Below are positions 45,077-51,616 of a DNA stretch of 51,616 nt, one piece after another. This stretch comes from an uncultured bacterium (GTDB taxonomy: Bacteria; Desulfobacterota; Dissulfuribacteria; Dissulfuribacterales; UBA3076). Below the pieces are notes generated by a model, which made no database searches, was not told the DNA's origin, and was given only the letters and a program-made list of their open reading frames with translations. Within the stretch, counting starts at the first letter, position 1. Every line of letters starts with the position of its first letter. The translations under genes and the position numbers were made by a program. The DNA lies in contig CBETWD010000001.1 of assembly GCA_965539945.1 (NCBI GenBank), positions 1 through 51,616 of the forward strand. Reading direction: 5' to 3'.

Positions 45077-47005
45077 TCAGGACCTCTTGGGCACGGTAAA
45101 ATAAAATGTTGCCCCCTTGCCCTTTTCCGACTCTACCCAGACCTTTCCACCATGGTTCTTTACTATCCTATCAACAATTGCAAGCCCTAAACCTGTTCCC
45201 TCCTTGTCTTCCTTTAGCCTTAACCGATGAAACATATCGAAGATTCTCAGGTGATATTCGGGATCAATCCCGATCCCATTATCCCTTACATAGAACAGAT
45301 GGAGATCTTCCCCATCTTCGTGACCAATCTCGATCTTAGGCTTCTTAACATCCGCTGTAAACTTGGTGGCATTTACCAGCAGGTTCTCGAAGACTTGATA
45401 TATCCGTTCTCCATCACAGAAAATGGTTGGAAGATTGTCGGCGACAACAACCTCTATACCCTTTTCCTTGATCCTATTTTGGATACCTGAGATTACATTT
45501 CTTACTATTTCACGCGAGGCGACATGCTCAAAAGTAGGGACTATCCGACCAATCCTTGACAACGTCAGGAGGTCAGAGACCAACAGCTCCATTCGGCGGG
45601 CACTGGCCATGATCTGCTCGAGTTGCCGGCTGCCCTTGTCCCCCAATTTTTCTTGATAGTGCTTGATCAGCCGGGAAGCAAATCCATGGATGGCAATGAC
45701 CGGAGTTTTCAGGTCGTGGGAAACAACATCGACAAAGTTCTTAAGCTCCTCGTTTGTCTTTCTAAGTTCTGCCTCTGCCTGCTTTTGTTCTGTGATATCT
45801 ACGATGTTACCCAGTATAGCAGCCCTTCCTTTGTACTCTATGCGAGCGTTCCTTCTTGTAATCCAAATGGTTTCGCCATCCTTTGTCTGGCCCCGCGCCT
45901 CGTATTCCGATGGTGCATCTTCTCCGCTTAGCCTTCTGGCCCTCATTTGTTTGGTCAGGGATCTGTCCTCAGGGTGGACCAGCCTCCAGGTCTCAATACC
46001 TATCAATTGTCCTTTTGGGTATCTGTAAATCTCAGCAAATCTGTTATTGGCAAACACGATCTTCTCGTCTTGGTCGATATATATGCCGGTCAGAGAGTTT
46101 TCGACCAGAGTACTGTACTTTTTTTCGCTTTCCCTGAGCGCTTCTTCCGCCAGCTTTCGCTCCGTGACATCCCGAATGATACCCTGGTATCCGAGAATAT
46201 CGCCATCACTGGAAACCCGCGAAGTAGACGTGAGGAGACAGTTCATCCCTGTTCCATTCTTTTTGCGAAACTCTATAGGATAATTTCTAACGGATCCTTT
46301 TCCCTCTATTTCCTGCTGAAATTTATCTCTATCGCCAGGATGAATATATAGTTTTCGAATATTGATATTGTTTATCAGCTCCTCCCTGGCATAACCGAAA
46401 AGTTCTAGGGCGGCTTGGTTAGCGTCAAGGAATTTACCCTCCCGGCTCGTAATGTAGATTGCATCAATGGATTCGTCGAAAAGGCTGCGGTATTTCTCCT
46501 CACTTTCGTGTATTGCTTCCTCTGCCCGCTTGCGCTCTGTGATGTCCCGGATGATGGCGCAGAGCATCCTGCGATCCTGGAGCAGGAATACCCAGGAAGA
46601 GATCTCCACCGGGAAGATCGTACAGTCTTTCTTCTTATGAAGACGCTGGACAGGGCCGGACGACACAACGGTAGGCATCCCGGACGCCACTTCTTGGATG
46701 TGCGCGATTGACTTTTCCGGCTCGGCCGAAATCTCTATGGCCCTGAGGCGCAAGAACTCATCGCTGCTGTATCCATAGAGCGTCAAGGCCGCTGTGTTGG
46801 CATCGACGATCCGTTTCGTCCGGGGGTCCACGATTATGATAGCATCAGGTTCGGCAGAGAAAAGCAGCCGATAAATGGCCTCGCTCTCGCGCAAGGCATC
46901 CTGCACCTGCTTGCGATCACCAGCTTCCCATTCCAAATCCTTGACCCTTTGTTCCAATTCTTCATAACTTGGCTTTACACTCATCGAAACGTCCTCAATT
47001 TCCAT
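45077..47005 (-). CDS. Cytoplasmic multi-PAS sensor histidine kinase
   Basis: 642 aa. It has three or four PAS-like modules, each followed by I(R)D(I/V)TERK. H-box VSHDLKTP, N-box ENLLVNATKF, G-boxes DNGIGI and GTGLGLA. Confidence 0.88.
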   Translation of the reverse strand: MEIEDVSMSVKPSYEELEQRVKDLEWEAGDRKQVQDALRESEAIYRLLFSAEPDAIIIVDPRTKRIVDANTAALTLYGYSSDEFLRLRAIEISAEPEKSIAHIQEVASGMPTVVSSGPVQRLHKKKDCTIFPVEISSWVFLLQDRRMLCAIIRDITERKRAEEAIHESEEKYRSLFDESIDAIYITSREGKFLDANQAALELFGYAREELINNINIRKLYIHPGDRDKFQQEIEGKGSVRNYPIEFRKKNGTGMNCLLTSTSRVSSDGDILGYQGIIRDVTERKLAEEALRESEKKYSTLVENSLTGIYIDQDEKIVFANNRFAEIYRYPKGQLIGIETWRLVHPEDRSLTKQMRARRLSGEDAPSEYEARGQTKDGETIWITRRNARIEYKGRAAILGNIVDITEQKQAEAELRKTNEELKNFVDVVSHDLKTPVIAIHGFASRLIKHYQEKLGDKGSRQLEQIMASARRMELLVSDLLTLSRIGRIVPTFEHVASREIVRNVISGIQNRIKEKGIEVVVADNLPTIFCDGERIYQVFENLLVNATKFTADVKKPKIEIGHEDGEDLHLFYVRDNGIGIDPEYHLRIFDMFHRLRLKEDKEGTGLGLAIVDRIVKNHGGKVWVESEKGKGATFYFTVPKRS

Positions 47006-47367
47006 AATTTCCTTGCGAATAAAAAAGGCCCGTACACAGTAGTATCTTCGCCATTATGTGATGTCCGAAAGAGTTGTCTGTGGGTCATAATGACGGATTT
47101 TCCAGACGTTCAAATCAATTTGCGCATTCCACAAATATCTCGGATATATCACAATGCGTGGAACCATCCCCAAAAAAGCAAATGGTCCAAACGATGATCA
47201 AGACCCATTTCTTTATCCAAACCGTAATTATTGATTTCAAGCCGCATTCTGAACGGGAAAAGTGCATGGAACGGCGATTTCCGGGTTAATAGAAGGTTTA
47301 ATACAGGAAAAAAGTACAAATTTTATATTTATATGAAATGGCCTACCTGGCCATGATTTCAAGGATT

Positions 47368-47853
47368 TCAACCACCCTCTGCACACTGATTCGCATTCAT
47401 AGCTACCATGATATCCTGCATAGATGCGATCTTTACCTCGGAAATAGTCCCATTAAGAACTAAAGACTTTCCGGCTGCGGGATGATTGAAGTCTGCTAAC
47501 ACATAATCATCGTATAGTTCTTTCAGATAAAACTTAAATAGCCTCCCATTTGAACCGAATTCTTCGTAATATTCCCCTTCCTCCAACCGTTCGGAATGCT
47601 TAAGATCAGAAATGGGAATTTTTTTAATAAGATATGGGTTGTAGGGGCCGAAGGCCTGCTCAGGCGGTATGTTTACTTGGATCTCATCTTCCTGTTCATG
47701 GCCGATTAATGCATTCTCAAGGGCGGGTAAAATGCGATCTCTGCCATACAGAAACCGGCAGTTAAAGGGTCTGTTAAGATCCTCTGGTGTCTTACCATCT
47801 TTTACAGTTACTGTATAATTGACAGTAACAACTGTGTCTCTATCGACTTTCAT
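47368..47853 (-). CDS. slyD: FKBP-type peptidyl-prolyl cis-trans isomerase, SlyD-like
   Basis: 161 aa. VVTVNYTV, LPALENALIGHEQEDEIQVNIPPEQAFG, and an IF-domain-like insert followed by DFNHPAAGKSL. Confidence 0.75.
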   Translation of the reverse strand: MKVDRDTVVTVNYTVTVKDGKTPEDLNRPFNCRFLYGRDRILPALENALIGHEQEDEIQVNIPPEQAFGPYNPYLIKKIPISDLKHSERLEEGEYYEEFGSNGRLFKFYLKELYDDYVLADFNHPAAGKSLVLNGTISEVKIASMQDIMVAMNANQCAEGG

Positions 47854-47907
47854 CCATTTCTCCTGTAATAATGAACTTATGATTACACTGCAAAAAGTCT
47901 AAAACAT

Positions 47908-48031
47908 GATTCCGCTCAAAAAGCCCGAGATGCAAGGCGCGAAATTTTCCAGGAATGAGACGTACTTATCGTACGTCGCAGTGACTGGAAAATTGAAGCA
48001 ACGCCGCAGATTGGACTTTTTCAGCGGAATC
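47908..48031. mobile_element. Family G 124-bp palindromic element
   Basis: Imperfect 26-bp terminal inverted repeats (GATTCCGCTCAAAAAGCCCGAGATGC / GCAGATTGGACTTTTTCAGCGGAATC). Nested inner inverted repeats TTTTCCAG/CTGGAAAA and GACGTAC..GTACGTC. Confidence 0.8.
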
Positions 48032-48106
48032 AGCTTATGACATGGCTTCGATACCATTGTACTCGAACATAGTATCCAAAAAAGGTAATTTTTGCAAAAG
48101 ATCCTC

Positions 48107-48353
48107 GTAACCGTTCACGGGTTCAAAGGTTCAGGGTTCAAAGGTTAAGATGTTCGGGGTTTACCAAAAACTTGAACCGTTGATTCGTGAATTCTGAATG
48201 GAGAAGGCATGAGAAAAAAACGAGGAGAGCATATGTCATACCCCCCTAAATTTGAGGATATTGGGGCATGGCACTTGGCCCGAGACCTAACTCGCAAGGT
48301 CAACGGAAGAAAGGTAACCCTGAACGGTGAACCCTGAACCCGTGAACGGTTAC
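48107..48353. mobile_element. Composite element with about 40-bp inverted arms (family F 12-mer plus family A heptamers) enclosing a gene fragment
   Basis: The left arm is CGTAACCGTTCACGGGTTCAAAGGTTCAGGGTTCAAAGGTT. The right arm is GGTAACCCTGAACGGTGAACCCTGAACCCGTGAACGGTTAC. Confidence 0.85.
48233..48337 (+). pseudogene. N-terminal fragment of a four-helix-bundle (23S rRNA intervening-sequence protein family) gene, truncated by the repeat arm
   Basis: An ATG follows GAGGAG. MSYPPKFEDIGAWHLARDLTRKV resembles the FEDLxVWQxAxxL first helix of that family. The frame then runs into heptamer repeats and stops. Confidence 0.45.
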
Positions 48354-48998
48354 AGATCCTCTAACTGGCCTGCCAAAGTTATTGGTCTTACCGGGGGGAT
48401 AGCCTCGGGAAAAAGCACTGTGGGAAGGATGTTGTCAGAGCAGAATTTCCCGGTCATTGATACTGATAAGCTGGCAAGGGAAGTTGTGGAACCAGGAAAG
48501 CCTGCTTTGAAGGAACTTGTCAGTGCTTTTGGAACAGAGATTCTAAAGGACGACAAGATCCTTGACAGACACCGAATGCTTGAAATGATATTGACCGATG
48601 CTGGTACCAGGCGGCTTGTAGAAAATATTATTCATCCCTATGTATTTAAACGGATGGATCAGATACTTCAACAACTGGCAGCTTCAGGAGCCAATGTCGT
48701 AATAGTAGAAGTACCTTTACTTTTTGAGGTCGGCTGGCAGGTCCTGTTTGACTATGTAATTTCAGTCGTGGCACCAGAACCGATCTGTATCAAACGACTG
48801 GCGGAGCGTAAAAAGATGTCCCTTGATATGGCCTCCAGGTGGATGGCTACTCAAATTCCTCAGGAAGTAAAGGCCAAAAGGTCTGATTATGTAGTCCACA
48901 ATAATGCAGGGCTAGAGGAATTGCAGGTCCAGGTAGATCGCTTGTCAGGGGTATTAAGACATATGTGTAGATTTCTTATTGCCTCGGAGCGTTTTTAA
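48327..48998 (+). CDS. coaE: Dephospho-CoA kinase CoaE
   Basis: VIGLTGGIASGKST P-loop and typical length. The only available start codons (GTG 48327 or GTG 48342) lie inside the repeat arm, so the start is uncertain. Confidence 0.85.
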   Translation: MNPEPVNGYRSSNWPAKVIGLTGGIASGKSTVGRMLSEQNFPVIDTDKLAREVVEPGKPALKELVSAFGTEILKDDKILDRHRMLEMILTDAGTRRLVENIIHPYVFKRMDQILQQLAASGANVVIVEVPLLFEVGWQVLFDYVISVVAPEPICIKRLAERKKMSLDMASRWMATQIPQEVKAKRSDYVVHNNAGLEELQVQVDRLSGVLRHMCRFLIASERF

Positions 48999-49176
48999 AA
49001 GAATTCTGACGCGACCTTTTTTCTTTAATCCTTACAACAATCTGCTGTAATTCGCCAATAGTGTGCTTTCTTCTGACAAAACCACTGGCGACCTCAATGA
49101 GTTTCAGAAGATCCTCGTCAATATTCAGTGATAGTTCCTGTTTTTCTGCTTTGAGTAGTCCTGCTTTTGTGAGCAT
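48976..49176 (-). CDS. Small hypothetical protein, possibly ribbon-helix-helix
   Basis: 66 aa with an ATG after AAGGAAAAAAC. ELSLNIDEDLLKLIEVASG..HTIGELQQIVV resembles a beta-strand/helix/helix RHH pattern. Its 3' end overlaps the coaE 3' end by 23 nt. Confidence 0.35.
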   Translation of the reverse strand: MLTKAGLLKAEKQELSLNIDEDLLKLIEVASGFVRRKHTIGELQQIVVRIKEKRSRQNSFKNAPRQ

Positions 49177-49412
49177 GTTTTTTCCTTTTCAATCTGCGAA
49201 TCGCCATCGAGGCACCGTCACAGCGATGCACTCACCACACAGGGACATTCAGGGCCTAAAAGGCATTGTAGCTGGTTGTTGCGAAAACCATGCCAGTTTA
49301 AACAGGCAAAGGATATCTTTAAATCTTATAAATACCCTGCCCGCTGTAACATCGAGAATGTAAGACTAGATATGTGAAAAAAAATACCACTTTTTCGTAC
49401 GACAAAAGTTCA

Positions 49413-49613
49413 CTTATTGGTGAAAATATTACACGCCGTTTGTTTTAAGGAGCTGAGCAAGGTGTCATTTGTCGAATCGTGGAGTGGCTGTGGATCGAGA
49501 GCGGTCAACACATCATAACCCTCAGCTCCCAGGTATCTGGCTACCGTTTCCAGGATCTGAGGCTCATCATCGATAACGAGTAATTCTTTCCATTTATACG
49601 CCCTCCAGTCGCG
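49413..49613 (-). pseudogene. Start-less remnant of a response-regulator receiver domain
   Basis: A 67-codon open frame without an ATG/GTG/TTG start. KELLVIDDEPQILETVARYLGAEGYDVLTA is a canonical REC beta1-alpha1-beta2, after which similarity is lost. Confidence 0.4.
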
Positions 49614-49620
49614 TCACGGG

Positions 49621-50448
49621 TCATTTGTGAAGTAGTCTCAACGTCATGATGACCCCTCTTCCGCGAAAATGTCCAGAAAGAGGGCTGACATCGATGTTGT
49701 ATACTCCATCTGACAGCCGGTATTCCTCAAGGCTTTGTGTCTTGTTCGTTTCCAGCGCAGCGGCTATATTTTGTTGAACGTCAGTTGGAAAGTATTCCGC
49801 GAGTTCGCCTCCTACTTCAATGGCGTGGCCATTAAATGGTTGGGCTTGCGCCGCTTGATTGGTTACTGCTATCATCCCGTCAGAGCTCACACCGATGATC
49901 GGCAGGGGGAGATCTTGCAGGATGGCACGTGAGAACTCAAGGGCCCGATTCTGAATCTCAAGCTGCTTTGTTCTTTCTGAAACCAGTGCCTCCAGATTCT
50001 CATTCATTGTTTTTAACTCTTCATTTTGTTCCAGAACCTTTTTATGAAGTATTTTGTTGGCCTGGATAAGGTCGTATTGTTCCAGGGCCTGTTTGATCTC
50101 CAACTTTAAACTTTGATCGTTCCACGGTTTTAGAAAGAATTTGTAGACATGCCCTTTGTTGATCGACTCGGTAATGGAGTCAACATCCGTATAACCTGTA
50201 AGAATAATACGAATGGCGTCAGGATACCCTTCTTTTACCTTAGCCAAAAACTGAGTGCCGTCCATCTGGGGCATCCTCTGGTCGGAGATCACCAGATGAA
50301 CACTATTTTCTGCAAGGAGCTTCAGACCCTCGGCGCCACTTGGAGCTGTCAGCAGACGATAGCCCTCCTTTCGGAGCAATCGCTTTAATGAACTTAAGAT
50401 ATTTTCCTCATCATCCACGCACAGGATCGTATGATTGTAATCGTTCAT
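49621..50448 (-). CDS. Response regulator: REC domain plus coiled coil and PAS-like C-terminal domain
   Basis: 275 aa. ILCVDDEENIL, VISDQRMPQMDG, FFLKPW. Confidence 0.85.
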   Translation of the reverse strand: MNDYNHTILCVDDEENILSSLKRLLRKEGYRLLTAPSGAEGLKLLAENSVHLVISDQRMPQMDGTQFLAKVKEGYPDAIRIILTGYTDVDSITESINKGHVYKFFLKPWNDQSLKLEIKQALEQYDLIQANKILHKKVLEQNEELKTMNENLEALVSERTKQLEIQNRALEFSRAILQDLPLPIIGVSSDGMIAVTNQAAQAQPFNGHAIEVGGELAEYFPTDVQQNIAAALETNKTQSLEEYRLSDGVYNIDVSPLSGHFRGRGVIMTLRLLHK

Positions 50449-50472
50449 CTTTACTCACAAAACCTTCTGTCA

Positions 50473-51330
50473 CTATTCCTCTTCAAGTAACAATTCGCAG
50501 GCCGATTCTATTTCGGTTGCAACTAACGGAAACCAGTCCGACAGGGTTTCCAATTGAGGCCTCATAATCTCTGCAGCTTTGGGGTAGATATTTGAAAAGT
50601 CACAGGCATTTCCCGAATCAACATTGTGGGTATTCACAATGATGTCTGCTACGTGCACGATCATCAGTTGATTAGGATTAGAGACGCCTTCTCTGACTGC
50701 GTGATGATACCTGATGGTATCGACCAGGCTGAGTGGAAGCTGCCACTTGGCAGCTAAATGACCTCCGATTTGTGCATGGTTGAGAGGCAACAGGTTTTTT
50801 TCCGCCTCATAAAAGGACAGGCCGTCATCCCGGACCGATGCCCACACCTGGCCGAAGAGCTCCTTGAAATACTCGGAGAGAACCACCTTGCCGATATCAT
50901 GGAGTAAGCCTGCAATAAAGCAGTCATCAGGATTGTCAAGACGGGTTTGTCCGGCAAGGTGCCTGCCGATTATGGCTACGCCGATCGAATGCCTCCAGAA
51001 ATCTGTAATGTTGAGACCTTTACAGGTATCTTTCCCTGAAAAGGCCTTAATGACCGACACTGAAAGAACGGCGTTTCTTACCGTGTTAAAACCCAACACA
51101 ATCACCGCATGGGAAATGGTCTCGATCTTGGATTGAAATCCATAAAAGGCCGAGTTGACCAACCTTAATATCTTGGAGACAATGGCCTGGTCTTTTTCTA
51201 TGGTTTTGGTCAATTCGTTGATGGATATATCGTAGTCCTGGAGCATCTTGTTTACCTTGAATGCCACCACAGGCAGGGTCGGAATATCCATGATACGATC
51301 GAGCTTTTGATAAAATTTCTTTGAATCCAT
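50473..51330 (-). CDS. HDOD domain signalling protein
   Basis: 285 aa. LPTLPVVAFKV..., IVSKILRLVNSAFYG, GLLHDIGK. Confidence 0.85.
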   Translation of the reverse strand: MDSKKFYQKLDRIMDIPTLPVVAFKVNKMLQDYDISINELTKTIEKDQAIVSKILRLVNSAFYGFQSKIETISHAVIVLGFNTVRNAVLSVSVIKAFSGKDTCKGLNITDFWRHSIGVAIIGRHLAGQTRLDNPDDCFIAGLLHDIGKVVLSEYFKELFGQVWASVRDDGLSFYEAEKNLLPLNHAQIGGHLAAKWQLPLSLVDTIRYHHAVREGVSNPNQLMIVHVADIIVNTHNVDSGNACDFSNIYPKAAEIMRPQLETLSDWFPLVATEIESACELLLEEE

Positions 51331-51359
51331 GGTATATTATCCGTAACAGTTTATGGTTA

Positions 51360-51616
51360 TCACACCTCTTTTTGTACTGGAATCCGAATCGTAAACGTGG
51401 TCCCTTTGCTCACCATGCTCTCTGCATCAATGGTACCTTTGTGTTTTTCAATAATGTTATAGGCCACATTCAGGCCCAAACCCGTTCCCTTACCCACCTC
51501 CTTGGTGGTAAAAAACGGGTCGAATATCTTTGAGAGGTTTTCTTCTGGTATGCCTTTGCCTGTGTCACTTATCTTGATCTCCGCATATCCATCAACGGAC
51601 CGGGTTACAATCCTGA
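51360..51616 (-). CDS. Histidine kinase, C-terminal HATPase_c part (5' end outside the window)
   Basis: The minus-strand translation is ..[61 protein letters not shown], with a stop at 51360-51362. Confidence 0.85.
   Translation of the reverse strand, partial: RIVTRSVDGYAEIKISDTGKGIPEENLSKIFDPFFTTKEVGKGTGLGLNVAYNIIEKHKGTIDAESMVSKGTTFTIRIPVQKEV

Noticed and set aside
47040-47367. Possible small gene or RNA in the 330-nt gap between the PAS kinase and slyD (71-aa track ORF at 47074-47289)
   Set aside because: There is no SD, no recognisable motif, no repeat similarity and no tRNA-like cloverleaf. I treat it as promoter/leader DNA.
1-51616. rRNA or tRNA genes, prophage, integrase or transposase genes, or a defence island
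   Set aside because: None is recognisable on either strand. The only accessory-type genes are the MazF cassette and gene remnants.

Overview
This 51.6-kb window is mostly core chromosome from a Gram-negative bacterium. The gene content looks Desulfobacterota-like, but taxonomy cannot be proven from the sequence alone.

Gene content by region:
- Left part, minus strand: tkt, skp, pal, a TPR-AMIN-amidase (AmiC-like) and mutS.
- Following region: a polyprenyl synthase, a NodB-like protein, a PAS histidine kinase, a DUF364-like protein, a purD-purE fusion, tsaC and mltG.
- Centre (17.5-34.1 kb), plus strand: a dcw cell-division/cell-wall cluster, mraZ-rsmH-ftsL-ftsI-murE/murF(fused)-mraY-murD-murG-murC-murB-ftsQ-ftsA-ftsZ.
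- Right part, minus strand: glmM-cdaR-cdaA-folP-ftsH-tilS and a YitJ-like homocysteine-methyltransferase/MTHFR fusion.
- Right end: a small RHH-MazF toxin-antitoxin islet, a multi-PAS histidine kinase, slyD, coaE, and an HK-HDOD-response regulator signalling cluster.
- I saw no rRNA, tRNA or CRISPR.

The most unusual signal is not a gene. The window is saturated with at least nine families of miniature composite repeats. Most have arms built from 7-8-nt tandem units, often in inverted orientation around a short unique core.
- They fill every real intergenic gap of the dcw operon from rsmH to murG.
- One copy carries an 11-bp flanking direct duplication.
- Several are embedded in-frame inside essential genes: the murE-murF linker, murF, the murG N-terminus, the murG interdomain linker and ftsQ.
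- The octamer and heptamer units have no stop codon in any frame on one strand and a stop in every frame on the other. Their orientation tracks the coding context.

Other oddities in the dcw cluster:
- ftsW is absent from its canonical murD-murG slot, which is occupied by one composite element.
- The FtsI homologue appears to lack the SXXK/SXN/KTG catalytic triad while keeping a PASTA domain.
- murE and murF are fused through a heptamer-repeat linker.

All functional calls come from by-eye motif recognition and need HMM/BLAST confirmation.
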